From a virus (Duplodnaviria > Caudoviricetes): 64,000 bases of DNA. The position numbers and the translations under genes are program-made. Under the pieces are notes generated by a model. It worked only from the letters and a program-made list of their open reading frames with translations. It was not told the origin of the DNA and made no database searches. Location: positions 128,001 through 192,000 of IMG/VR virus record IMGVR_UViG_3300035208_002098. One strand, written 5' to 3'. This document shows positions 37,311 to 47,301 of this stretch, in pieces; position 1 is the stretch's first letter; each line of letters starts with the position of its first letter.

Positions 37311-38324
37311 TTAATTTTCAAGTTTTTCTTGTATTTCTTTTATTTTTTCTAATAATTGACGTTCTTCTGGTGATATTTCCTTTGGCATTAATATATTAAT
37401 TTGGATTAAATAATCCCCACGTTCTGTATTATTAACTATAGTCATACCTTTACCTTTTAAACGCAATATACTTTCATTATCACTATAAGGTGGTACATCT
37501 AATTTAATTGTGGTACCTTCAATTGTTGGAATCTCAATTTTAACACCTAAAATAGCATCAGGATAACTTATTTCTTTAATATATTTTAAATCCGATAACA
37601 CCCTTAAAAACTTTTCATGTTTGAATACATTAATAACAATTATTAAATTACCGCTATCACCATTTTTACATGCATTACCTTTACTATATTTTATCATACT
37701 ATCACCATCACTAATACCAGCTGGTATATTAATAGTTACTTCATCATTGATTGGTACAACACCATTACCGTTACAGGTTTTACATTGTGTTTTATACGTT
37801 TTACCATTACCACCACAATGATTACAAGGATATACATTTTGAACAACACCAACTTGTGTATTATAAACTTCTCTAATGATACCACTACCATGACATACAT
37901 TACAAGTTACTTCATCTTCACCACCAACACCTTTACAATCATTACAACTATCATATCTATTATATTTAAAAGTTTTATTAACACCATTAAATGCTTCTTC
38001 TAAACTTAATTTAATATTTAATCTAATATTTTGGCCGACTGGTCTAGTTTGTTGATTAAATTGTTGACGGAATCGTTCACCCCATTTAACAAAATCATCA
38101 TTATAGCCACCACGATTTGTCTGATGTCCATACTTATCGTAATTAGCTTTTTTATCAGGGTCTTTTAAAACTTCGTAAGCTTCATTAATTTCTTTGAAGG
38201 CATTAGCATCACCACCTTTATCCGGGTGGTGTTCTTTAGCTAAATTACGGTATGATTTTTTAATTTCTTTATCTGAAGCACCATTTTTAAGTCCAAGCAC
38301 TTCATAATAATCTCGTTTAGACAT
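37311..38324 (-). CDS. dnaJ: Chaperone DnaJ
   Basis: HPD J-domain, four CxxCxGxG repeats. Confidence 0.95.
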   Translation of the reverse strand: MSKRDYYEVLGLKNGASDKEIKKSYRNLAKEHHPDKGGDANAFKEINEAYEVLKDPDKKANYDKYGHQTNRGGYNDDFVKWGERFRQQFNQQTRPVGQNIRLNIKLSLEEAFNGVNKTFKYNRYDSCNDCKGVGGEDEVTCNVCHGSGIIREVYNTQVGVVQNVYPCNHCGGNGKTYKTQCKTCNGNGVVPINDEVTINIPAGISDGDSMIKYSKGNACKNGDSGNLIIVINVFKHEKFLRVLSDLKYIKEISYPDAILGVKIEIPTIEGTTIKLDVPPYSDNESILRLKGKGMTIVNNTERGDYLIQINILMPKEISPEERQLLEKIKEIQEKLEN

Positions 38325-38538
38325 TATTAGTATCTTTTTTTAATAAAACACAATTAATTTTTGTATTACCAAAAAATCTATTATTTAATACACCAATAAA
38401 TTGATTATTTGGATTACTATTCTCATCGAATGGCTTTGATGGTATAGTTGGTAACCCATTACTATCATCTTCGTTTCTAGTGGTGAAATATTCTAACATT
38501 GAATAAAATTCAACACTCTCTTGCAATAATTTTTTCAT
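38317..38538 (-). CDS. Hypothetical protein
   Basis: ORF behind promoter at 38568. Confidence 0.5.
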   Translation of the reverse strand: MKKLLQESVEFYSMLEYFTTRNEDDSNGLPTIPSKPFDENSNPNNQFIGVLNNRFFGNTKINCVLLKKDTNNV

Positions 38539-38602
38539 ATTTATTTATGTTTCTATTTATTATTTTACAAAAATACATAAATTAAATGAAACTTTCAAGT
38601 TT

Positions 38603-39262
38603 ATGAGGTATAGAATTGTATTAGTTAAAAATAAAATTAAAAAGAAGGTTCTTTTAAAATCAAGTTCATTCGAATTCATTAACAATATGTTTAGAGAATT
38701 ACGAAAGGATAATAAAATTGACATGCCCCAAAAACATATTAACTATAAAGATATAATACCAGTTGAATACGAAATATTATTAATTAAAGAACGTGGTGAA
38801 ACTGATGAAAATAGAATTGTTCGTGATAAATTAGGTAAGTTAGTAGAAGAAAAAAATGATTCACCTAAATGGGTTATAATTGATTCGGCACCGTATCAAC
38901 TAGAAGAAACATTTTGGGTATATGGTTACGATAATAGATTTGAACGATTCACCGTAAGAGATATTATTAAAAAAATATTAATGAAGGGTATTAGGACCAA
39001 GAATGGTACTAAAGAAATTATTGTAGTTAAAAATAAATTAATTATTCGTGGTGATGAATTAGATTTCATTATTTGTAAATGTCCTGATGACTGTCTTAGA
39101 TTACATAATAAACTAAAAGAAATAGCAAAAGATAGTAAAACTAATAAATTACTATTTTTAGGTATAGCATCAGAAAAAACAGCCGGTGATATCTATGACT
39201 TAATCAAAGAGAAAACCGGCTGGAATATGACAAAAATATGGAGAACTACTACTCGTCCTTAA
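38603..39262 (+). CDS. Hypothetical basic protein
   Basis: 219-aa ORF. Confidence 0.65.
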   Translation: MRYRIVLVKNKIKKKVLLKSSSFEFINNMFRELRKDNKIDMPQKHINYKDIIPVEYEILLIKERGETDENRIVRDKLGKLVEEKNDSPKWVIIDSAPYQLEETFWVYGYDNRFERFTVRDIIKKILMKGIRTKNGTKEIIVVKNKLIIRGDELDFIICKCPDDCLRLHNKLKEIAKDSKTNKLLFLGIASEKTAGDIYDLIKEKTGWNMTKIWRTTTRP

Positions 39263-40187
39263 TATTACCGATATCAAATAATTTTTTAGATGTTTCTAGT
39301 ACTTCAATTACTTTTTGGTAATCTTCTTTACTGATTAATTGTGGATTAATACATTCAACATGTTCATCACCATCAGTTGGTAAGAAAAAAGCTAATGCAT
39401 TAAAATGTCTTTCATCAAATACTTTATCAACAGATTTAGCAAATTGATGTACAATTTCACGATTATTTAATATTTCTCTATCTAGATAAAATACTATCAC
39501 TTTTGGCTCGTTAATGTTTTTTACGTTATTACCTTCAATAGCAAATACTTCATTACGAATTTTATTTAATGTATCTAAATCAATTTCTTTGATTAATTCA
39601 TCTGTAGAGTCAATTAGAGCGATTCTAAGACGTTTTGACCACTCAAGGCGTGTTACGTTAACACCATGGATGAAATACTCTCTTAAATCACCTATTTCGA
39701 TTACTGGACCAGTTAAAGAATGGAATTCTAAATTATCATCGATGTCGTAAAATTTTTCAGGCTTTTCGATAAGTATTAATTCATCTTCTAATTCAATAAA
39801 CCCAAATATATTAAACATTACATCATAAAGTAAGTCAAATTGTTTATGTTTAGAATCATAAATTTCAAACATAGTTTTATTTACCTCGGTTACATCGTGA
39901 GCTAATAAATTAATGAATGTTGTGTAGAAATACACCCAATTTATGTTACCTATGGTTGTTATGATTTCAGTTTCCTCAAAAAATTCATTTTTAACATCGG
40001 TAAGTGTGTACCAAGTTATATGTGGTAATGGTTTATCCATAGCATTATATAATTCGGTAATCCGAGTAGTTATATCTGGTTTTGTAAGTATAACTGATTT
40101 ATTACTCAAATAAAGTTCCATTTCTTGTTTGTAATCACTTGAATACGTATTAAAGTAATTCCTAAAATGTTTGTCGTGTATTTTCAT
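39249..40187 (-). CDS. DUF6745-like domain fused to a conserved phage domain
   Basis: FHSLTGPVIE..YFIHGV; VECINP. Confidence 0.5.
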   Translation of the reverse strand: MKIHDKHFRNYFNTYSSDYKQEMELYLSNKSVILTKPDITTRITELYNAMDKPLPHITWYTLTDVKNEFFEETEIITTIGNINWVYFYTTFINLLAHDVTEVNKTMFEIYDSKHKQFDLLYDVMFNIFGFIELEDELILIEKPEKFYDIDDNLEFHSLTGPVIEIGDLREYFIHGVNVTRLEWSKRLRIALIDSTDELIKEIDLDTLNKIRNEVFAIEGNNVKNINEPKVIVFYLDREILNNREIVHQFAKSVDKVFDERHFNALAFFLPTDGDEHVECINPQLISKEDYQKVIEVLETSKKLFDIGNIKDE

Positions 40188-40245
40188 ATATTTTAAATTT
40201 ATTCAAAAATACTAAAAATTATTAACACTTTCAAGTTATTATAAC

Positions 40246-40270
40246 AAAAAAAGGACCGAAGTCCCTTTTT
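40246..40270 (-). terminator. Intrinsic terminator after DUF2828/ncRNA
   Basis: GGAC-TTCG-GTCC hairpin plus T-tract. Confidence 0.7.
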
Positions 40271-40284
40271 ATTTTTATTTGTAT

Positions 40285-40427
40285 CAGAATGCTGGGCCAT
40301 TTTTTGTCTTCTCTTACCATTAACGAGAGTTTTTGTTAGTTTTTTTTCAAAGGGTGTACACAATTTTTAAACCACCTGTTTCACTAATTTAATTTGCTTT
40401 TTTTTTAAGATTGCAGTATGCATCCTT
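40285..40427 (-). ncRNA. Y-RNA-like motif RNA, copy 4, directly downstream of DUF2828
   Basis: GGATGC-ATACTGCAA...GCATTC-TG. Confidence 0.5.
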
Positions 40428-40470
40428 TAGCTACAAATACGGGGGGTATCTTTCGATACCCACCTTAAAA

Positions 40471-41904
40471 TTATATCGTTACTTTTGAGTAACGTTCTGA
40501 GTTAACAACCTCTAACATCATTGATATTGGAGTAAGGTCTTTACCAGCCAATAACGATGTTAATAAACTTGGACTAAAACCAGATACTAACGCTGTATTT
40601 TGTTTATCAAATCTAACTGGTGAATCACTATTATGAGCGTTTAAATTCCAGAATACTACTTTTGGTATTTTATACCCAGCTTTAGTGTATTGAGCTTCAA
40701 TCATTTGTTGTGCAGTTGGATTCCATGAATCACTACCACATCTATCAAATTGCATATCCGAAAATATAACAATCATAGTTGGCATTTCAAGTTCTGGTAC
40801 ATTATATGTAACCGCTTTATTTAAAAGCATTTTAAATGCTGCTTCTAAGTTGGTATTCATATCCCATTGAGCTCTATGTAATTGTGCATATCTTTCAGAT
40901 AAAGTACCTTTAAGTACTTGTATCTCAGGACGAGCTGAAAATGTCATAAAAGCATCTTTAAAAGCACCTTCATTTCTTTCAGAAATATATAACCCTAAAG
41001 AAATACATACATCCAAACAACTTACATTAGGGTTTTGTCCAGCTGGACAATCCATTGACCCCGATACATCACACATAGGCATTAATCTTTCAGTATTACC
41101 AATCATATAGTTTGGTAATGCATTCCATTGTGCGTTTGCACCTTGAGCAACACCATTTTTCATTGATTTAACAACGTCATATGGGTATACAGCACCAGCA
41201 TTTATTTTAGTTTCACCTTTATCAAGTGCATCCATATATGCTTGGAATCTAATTGAGTCATTTTTACTAAATGCTTTCATATAATCTGCCATAGCTCTTG
41301 ATGGTAATTTACTATATTCAATAACTTCCCAGTTTTTAGCACACATAGCTTGTTCAACTGTGTTAGATAACTCAGATAACATTTTTCTATACTCTTTTGG
41401 AGTTAATTTTAAATGTTTTCTAACTAATTCAGCTTGAGCTTTTTTATCTCTACTGTTTACTGATGGTCTTGGCATCCATTTAGCACATAAACCATTTTTG
41501 TTAGCTAGACCAGTTGCTATTGTTTCCAACGCAGCACTTTCAAGTCCAGTACCAAGTAATGATAATACATCATCCCATCTACCAAATTCAGAAATTAATT
41601 GAATATTTTTAGCGATTGATGCTTTATGGTTTTTAGCCATATAAGATACGATATCTCTGAAAATTTGTCTTTCTCCAGCACCACCACGAATATCACGAGC
41701 CCAAAATAATAATTTCATAGCTACCAACGGATTTTCACCATATGCTTTAGTGAATGAATTAATAAGTCTAGTTTTATCTTGACCTCTCATTGCACCAATT
41801 TGGAAAAATAAATCAACACAATTATTCAACGATGTTGAGTTTGTTGTCATACCATTTTCTGTTAATACGTCTTCAGTACGTAAAGCATCTACTAATTTAG
41901 TCAT
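40471..41904 (-). CDS. DUF2828 / TROVE-VWA (Ro60-like) protein
   Basis: TENG, RDIRGGAGER, GRWDD, AKWMPR, DVSGSM, SDMQFD, VFWNL, VSGFSP. Confidence 0.85.
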   Translation of the reverse strand: MTKLVDALRTEDVLTENGMTTNSTSLNNCVDLFFQIGAMRGQDKTRLINSFTKAYGENPLVAMKLLFWARDIRGGAGERQIFRDIVSYMAKNHKASIAKNIQLISEFGRWDDVLSLLGTGLESAALETIATGLANKNGLCAKWMPRPSVNSRDKKAQAELVRKHLKLTPKEYRKMLSELSNTVEQAMCAKNWEVIEYSKLPSRAMADYMKAFSKNDSIRFQAYMDALDKGETKINAGAVYPYDVVKSMKNGVAQGANAQWNALPNYMIGNTERLMPMCDVSGSMDCPAGQNPNVSCLDVCISLGLYISERNEGAFKDAFMTFSARPEIQVLKGTLSERYAQLHRAQWDMNTNLEAAFKMLLNKAVTYNVPELEMPTMIVIFSDMQFDRCGSDSWNPTAQQMIEAQYTKAGYKIPKVVFWNLNAHNSDSPVRFDKQNTALVSGFSPSLLTSLLAGKDLTPISMMLEVVNSERYSKVTI

Positions 41905-42013
41905 AGTGTTAAATTTTAAAGTTAAATATTTTTTTTATTATTTTGACAATTTTATATCCGTTTTATCGGAAATGTTTTGCAAAGATATGAAATAATTTTT
42001 AATTTGTCAAGTA

Positions 42014-42550
42014 TTAAATGAAATTTCTTACAAATAATTTTCTATGTGCTTGTATTAAACCAACCTCTTTTATAGATTTAATATGGGCTGCGGTACCATA
42101 ACCCTTGTTTGAAAAAAAATCATATTGTGGGTGAATTTCATGTAATCGTTTCATATAATTATCTCTTTCTACCTTAGCAAGAATTGCTGCTGCTGCTATA
42201 CAAGTGTATGTATTATCACCTTTAGCTACACATGTGTGTTCAATTCCTTTGTAAGGAGAAAATACGATACCATCAACTAATATATGTTTAATATCTTGGT
42301 TTTTAGTGATTATTAGGTCATCCAGACATTTATGCATAGCTATAAATGTTGCTTCGTTTATATTATATTTATCAATTAATTTAACTGAGGATGCTTGAAC
42401 AGAATAAGCTATTGCGTTTTTTATTATGATTTCATACGCTTCATCACGTTGTTTTTCTGATAATGTTTTAGAATCTCTAATTAATTTATGATTAAAATCA
42501 TTAGGTAGGATAACAGCACCTGTAACAACAGGTCCGGCTAAACAACCTCT
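42014..42550 (-). CDS. rnhB: Ribonuclease HII, main body (separated from its DE motif)
   Basis: RGCLAGPVV, DSKTLS, LVDG, KGD, AAAILAKV, NKGYGT. Confidence 0.85.
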   Translation of the reverse strand, partial: RGCLAGPVVTGAVILPNDFNHKLIRDSKTLSEKQRDEAYEIIIKNAIAYSVQASSVKLIDKYNINEATFIAMHKCLDDLIITKNQDIKHILVDGIVFSPYKGIEHTCVAKGDNTYTCIAAAAILAKVERDNYMKRLHEIHPQYDFFSNKGYGTAAHIKSIKEVGLIQAHRKLFVRNFI

Positions 42551-42555
42551 ACTAA

Positions 42556-42639
42556 TTAGCCCACCTCGTCTATACCAACTATAAAATCTAGTTCGGATAG
42601 GCAAGGTGGACAATGTGTTAATAATTTATTATTCTTCAT
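42556..42639 (-). pseudogene. Second RNase HII N-terminus carried by the HEG cassette
   Basis: MKNNKLLTHCPPCLSELDFIVGIDEVG-stop; 8 nt TAATTAGT before AGA GGT TGT. Confidence 0.65.
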
Positions 42640-43576
42640 TTATGTAACTCTTAATAAAATTTTTACAAATATTTATATTTTCTTCGATTGGTGTATCAGA
42701 CCATATTGTCAATGTTGTGAAACCAAATTCCCTCGCTAATTTATTTTTAAATTTATCATTTTCAATAGCATCAAAATAATTAATCTTTTTAAATGGGTGT
42801 ACCCAATTTTCCTTTATTCTATCAGACCAAGATTCATTAACATGAAATTTAACACCATTAAATTCTATAATTATATTTAGTTTTTTAATTGTAAAATCAT
42901 AAAGATACGTTTTACCGTCTTTAACAATAAAAAACTCTCTACTATTATTATCACCATAGTAAATATCGTTAATATCAACGTAATTAATCAACCAATCTAC
43001 CAATGGTTTAAAAACCAATAACGATTGTTTTGATGCCTTACCAATATGTTTCTTGAAATTTTTATACTTAATCTTACCTTCAATTTCACCATATTTTGTA
43101 ATAAAAAATGTTAAATTCCTAGCACAAGTACGTTTATAATTATCATACTTAAACTTACCTTCATTTTCACCATATCGTTTAATGTATTTTTCTAATGTAT
43201 GACCACAATTATTAGATATATTATCATTTTTTTTATTATACATTAAAAGTCCGTCAATTTCACCATACATATTAATATACCATTCTTTATTTCGTATTAT
43301 TCGTTTATATGCAGCTGTTTTTTCATTCCACCCACGTTTAATCCAATACGATAATTCTTGCTTACGATATATCCTTTCTAAGTTAAATATATTTTCGGAA
43401 ATGTATTTAATAGTTCGTTTTTTAGAATATTCGTTATGGTTATTTATTGTTAACAAATACTTATATATTAATTCATCTAAAAATTTAGGTTCAAAATCAT
43501 CACCATATCGTTCAATTACCCAACATTTAACCATATTTTCAGTGGGTGGTGTAGTAATTCTACTTGTTTTTTTCAT
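42629..43576 (-). mobile_element. Vsr/DUF559-like homing endonuclease with KYGExEG repeats
   Basis: YDFTIKKLNIIIEFNG..H; D..KN..A...GF....IW. Confidence 0.8.
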
Positions 43577-43619
43577 GTTCTTTTTATTATAAATATGATA
43601 TTTATAATAAAAAGTTCAT

Positions 43620-43685
43620 CTAAACCATTAAAACTTCATCGAGGCCGACTTCTAATACACCTATATTTTTATATTCTTTTAACAT
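43620..43685 (-). pseudogene. Original RNase HII N-terminus (MLKEYKNIGVLEVGLDEV)
   Basis: Follows promoter at 43690; ends at the DEV motif. Confidence 0.7.
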
Positions 43686-43714
43686 AGGGCAAAGGTAATC
43701 AAAAAATTTTAGAA

Positions 43715-43951
43715 TTACAACTCTTTTTGAATAAATTTAATTACAAAATCATCAAATGGTATTTCGAAAACATCTGTATGATTAAACTTAATACCCGGAA
43801 TATCCTTATTTGACCTATAAAATAAATCTTCATCTAATTTTCTATGGTTTTCCTCGTCTAATTCATATACTATAACAAGACCATCTTTAGGTATTAATTT
43901 ATTATTCGCTATTTCAGTAGCAATTTCTATAATTGTATTATATGTCATCAT
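43715..43951 (-). CDS. Hypothetical protein
   Basis: Operon ORF. Confidence 0.6.
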   Translation of the reverse strand: MMTYNTIIEIATEIANNKLIPKDGLVIVYELDEENHRKLDEDLFYRSNKDIPGIKFNHTDVFEIPFDDFVIKFIQKEL

Positions 43952-43952
43952 A

Positions 43953-44174
43953 TTAAAACTTTGTAAATAAATTTTTAAAGAAATTACTTAATTTCTTTTT
44001 AGTTTGTTTTTCTATTTTAACCTTATTAGGGTTTTTTTTGATATCATCACCTAAACCACATTTTATTTCATTAATAAAGGCTCTCTTTTTTAAGTTAGTT
44101 AATTCCATATCAGCTAACATAGCTTTCCTTTCTAAATCAACTTCTCTACTTAAACCATCTCTAAACTCATTCAT
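43953..44174 (-). CDS. Hypothetical protein
   Basis: Operon ORF. Confidence 0.6.
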   Translation of the reverse strand: MNEFRDGLSREVDLERKAMLADMELTNLKKRAFINEIKCGLGDDIKKNPNKVKIEKQTKKKLSNFFKNLFTKF

Positions 44175-44179
44175 AATAA

Positions 44180-44500
44180 TTATTTTTCAAAATGTTCTTG
44201 TATTGTATGTATTAACCAAACCACACCAGATGTTAAACACCCATCGAGGAATGTCCTTAACCATATTATTTCAACCCCTATTGACCCAAATGGTGTTATA
44301 CTTACATACCCTAAATAAGTTAATGTAAGTGATAATATAAACCCCACCCATGTTGGTAAACATATCATACACGTGAATAATTGTCCTAAGAACTTTGGAT
44401 TCCATTTTTGGAAGAAAGTTCTCATACCATCAAATATTGACCCGAAAACTATTATATTCGATATACCATAACTAACTAATAAAAATAATAGTATACTCAT
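44180..44500 (-). CDS. DUF1360-like membrane protein
   Basis: LFTCMICLPTWVG. Confidence 0.6.
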   Translation of the reverse strand: MSILLFLLVSYGISNIIVFGSIFDGMRTFFQKWNPKFLGQLFTCMICLPTWVGFILSLTLTYLGYVSITPFGSIGVEIIWLRTFLDGCLTSGVVWLIHTIQEHFEK

Positions 44501-45178
44501 TTACATTCCTTTTCCATCCATACATTTAGGACAATATTCGTCTGGCCCACAATTACATGGACCCGTTGTCATTTCAACCGGTAGTTCATGAATTTCAACT
44601 TCAATTTTCTTACCTTTTGGTGGTAATTCGACTATTGGTTTATTACCAATTTTTTTAGTTGTTTGAATTGGTTCTTCTATTTTATGTGTGATATCTTCAA
44701 CTTCAATTATACTTTTAATCTCAGGTTCGTTTACATTTTCAGTATCAGTTGATGGTATATTATCCACTGGTTCTATTTGATTTAAAATATCTTCCGGTTC
44801 CATGTTATCAGTTATAAAAGATTCTGACCCTAAAACAAATTTTAATGTTTTAAGTTTGTTTAATGAATTTTTAGAAAATAATATTTGTAATTCTTTAACC
44901 TTAGTTTTCAGATATTCATGTTTTTGTTCACGTTCAGTATTAATTTTAATAATACTTTCAACATAATCTAATAATTCATCAACACCAATACCTTCAGCTT
45001 GACTATAAATTACTAAATGATTACCACCTTCTTCGATAGGAGCACTTTTAATTATATTAGATGTTGGAGTTACCCACTCTGCTTTAAATACTGCTTCCAC
45101 CACCAAAATATCTTCAGCATATCTAATACCTACGACATATGGTTTTAATTTATTTAATTTATCTTGTATTGTTGACAT
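44501..45178 (-). CDS. Hypothetical protein with C-terminal Cys cluster
   Basis: CNCGPDEYCPKC. Confidence 0.6.
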   Translation of the reverse strand: MSTIQDKLNKLKPYVVGIRYAEDILVVEAVFKAEWVTPTSNIIKSAPIEEGGNHLVIYSQAEGIGVDELLDYVESIIKINTEREQKHEYLKTKVKELQILFSKNSLNKLKTLKFVLGSESFITDNMEPEDILNQIEPVDNIPSTDTENVNEPEIKSIIEVEDITHKIEEPIQTTKKIGNKPIVELPPKGKKIEVEIHELPVEMTTGPCNCGPDEYCPKCMDGKGM

Positions 45179-45191
45179 ATATAAAACTTTT

Positions 45192-45389
45192 TTAAATTGT
45201 TATACCCGTAAAAATACAGGCTATTGAGAATGCTAATGATATACCAAGTAAAATCAAGTCCATATTATTTAATTTATATTTTTCATCAGTGATGAATGAT
45301 TGAATTAAAAAGTAACCTCTTCTTATAATATTTAGTACAGATACGAAAAATAATACATACAATATTTTATTTAATAATAATATTAACAT
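45192..45389 (-). CDS. Small membrane protein
   Basis: Two TM segments. Confidence 0.55.
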   Translation of the reverse strand: MLILLLNKILYVLFFVSVLNIIRRGYFLIQSFITDEKYKLNNMDLILLGISLAFSIACIFTGITI

Positions 45390-45391
45390 AA

Positions 45392-45607
45392 TTATATTTT
45401 TTTAGCTTTTTTTATTTTTGTTGATTTTCTAACCACTCTTATTTCTGATATCTCATCACGCACAGCTTGTGCAGCGGTTTTAATTTCTTGCATATTAAGT
45501 CTAATTCTAGTAGCTGCAGTATTATTATTTCTATCATAAAATTTAGTAATATCCCCACTTGAGTCGATTCTTAATAATAATTCTTTTAATTCTTCAAATT
45601 TATTCAT
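45392..45607 (-). CDS. Histone H1-like (Hc1-type) protein
   Basis: KFYDRNNNTAATRIRLNMQEIK..AQAVR. Confidence 0.7.
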   Translation of the reverse strand: MNKFEELKELLLRIDSSGDITKFYDRNNNTAATRIRLNMQEIKTAAQAVRDEISEIRVVRKSTKIKKAKKI

Positions 45608-45833
45608 TATCTTTTTTACTTTCAATATCATTATTTAAATTTGTCTGAGGATAGTAAGTCATTAATTTACTAAATATTAATTGTGAATTAATTATTTGAT
45701 TTAAATTTGTTTTAATTAAATCAATTTTTTCTTGTGTTTGAAGTCCATCTTCGTTAATTAATCTTTCAACCTCTTCTTCAGCTGTTAATATATCAATCTC
45801 AATTGATTTTGCTATTATATCTAATATTCTCAT
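45600..45833 (-). CDS. Hypothetical protein
   Basis: Operon ORF. Confidence 0.55.
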   Translation of the reverse strand: MRILDIIAKSIEIDILTAEEEVERLINEDGLQTQEKIDLIKTNLNQIINSQLIFSKLMTYYPQTNLNNDIESKKDNE

Positions 45834-45885
45834 AACTTAAAGATAATAAAACTTTTTTATAAATAAACAGTAAAATCTTACTTTT

Positions 45886-46356
45886 TTATACTTTTTTTAA
45901 GGATAATTTAAATAATTTATATATCTCAATAATTGTATCGACATCAGACCTTGATTTAGACAACCCATGGTTAAACATAAATTCCCACATTTTTAAAATA
46001 TTCCCTTGTGAATTAGTATCTTTATTATCAGAATTATAATACACCTCATATAAAAATTCCATGAAGTAATTATATAAATCTTGATTATCATTTATGGTGA
46101 TGCCCTCATTACTAAAATTAGTACGTACTTTATTCCAGCACCACTTAAAATGTTCTTTTTGTGATTTTTCATTCATAATATCATCACCTAAATACGTATT
46201 GAATATTAACATATTCAATGATATTATATAATCGTATAATAAATCACAATAATCTATATCAATATTATTCGCTTCGTATAATGTTGATATCGTACTATGA
46301 TTTAACGGTGCGTTAATGTATTTTAAAAAATCTGAAGTTCTGTATGACCTTTTCAT
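45886..46356 (-). CDS. Hypothetical phage protein
   Basis: TYLGDD...HFKWCW. Confidence 0.65.
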   Translation of the reverse strand: MKRSYRTSDFLKYINAPLNHSTISTLYEANNIDIDYCDLLYDYIISLNMLIFNTYLGDDIMNEKSQKEHFKWCWNKVRTNFSNEGITINDNQDLYNYFMEFLYEVYYNSDNKDTNSQGNILKMWEFMFNHGLSKSRSDVDTIIEIYKLFKLSLKKV

Positions 46357-46425
46357 AAAAAATTATCCCTTATATTAATAAATATAAGGGATAAAAATTA
46401 TAATTAAAGTATATTATATGAGTTT

Positions 46426-47298
46426 TTATTTTTTAGTTGTAACTTTTTCTTTACTTGAGACCATTTTAGCTAATTCTTTATGTTTATCTTTATTAGCATA
46501 AATGTTAACCTTTGCTTTTTCTTCAGTCATATCTTCATTTTTATCTGAGTCACCTTGTTTTATAGCTTTAGCTTTTAACGCTTCACCAGCTAATTTATAG
46601 ATATATGCCTCGACATTATGAGTGTTTAAACCTCTTTTTTCAGTGAAATCATGGATATCATCATCTTTAATTTCTCCAAGTTTAGCTATTAATAACTGTT
46701 CTAAAGCGGTTTTAACTTCATCAGATAATTCTACCGCACCACCTTCTTTACCCGGCTCATCAATATCAGTTTTTAATTTATCTTCACCAGAATCTTCTGA
46801 TTCACCATGAATACCATATTTTTGTGCTCTAGATTCTTTTTCATAACCTTCACCATTATTATAATCACCTTTCTTAGGCGTGTTTTCTTCAGGTGATTTA
46901 TGTTTAGGGTTATTAAGGAAATTACCAATTGCATCACCCATATTCATAGGTGCCATTTTACCGTTTTTATCTTGACCAATACCTTGGTTATTTTCAGTCA
47001 TTAATGATTTAGTTAAAATTTCATTTTCTGCTAAACGTTCTTTACCAGTAGCGGTACCTAAAGTAGTTTCTGATTTATATTTCATTAACTCTTTTAATCT
47101 ACCAAGGCTTTCGCTAACCATTGTTTTATCAGATGCCTCTAATATATGTCCTTTACCATCTGACCATGTAACACGATATGTTTCATTACCATCAGTCATT
47201 TCAAATGCGTCTATTCCATTTACTCTATAACCTTCTGGTATAAGGTTTAATACATTGCCGAAACCGTTAAATGGTTTTTTAAATTTAAGTCTTTTCAT
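46426..47298 (-). CDS. Late/virion-associated protein (paralogous domain)
   Basis: MKRLKFKxPFNG..LIPEGYRV..FEMTDGNETYRVxW shared with the next gene. Confidence 0.65.
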   Translation of the reverse strand: MKRLKFKKPFNGFGNVLNLIPEGYRVNGIDAFEMTDGNETYRVTWSDGKGHILEASDKTMVSESLGRLKELMKYKSETTLGTATGKERLAENEILTKSLMTENNQGIGQDKNGKMAPMNMGDAIGNFLNNPKHKSPEENTPKKGDYNNGEGYEKESRAQKYGIHGESEDSGEDKLKTDIDEPGKEGGAVELSDEVKTALEQLLIAKLGEIKDDDIHDFTEKRGLNTHNVEAYIYKLAGEALKAKAIKQGDSDKNEDMTEEKAKVNIYANKDKHKELAKMVSSKEKVTTKK

Positions 47299-47301
47299 TG
47301 T

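Noticed and set aside
42551-42613. Track N-terminus MSTLPIRTRFYSWYRRGGLIS for RNase HII
   Set aside because: TTG start lacks the catalytic DE; the homologous IVGIDEVG is in another frame
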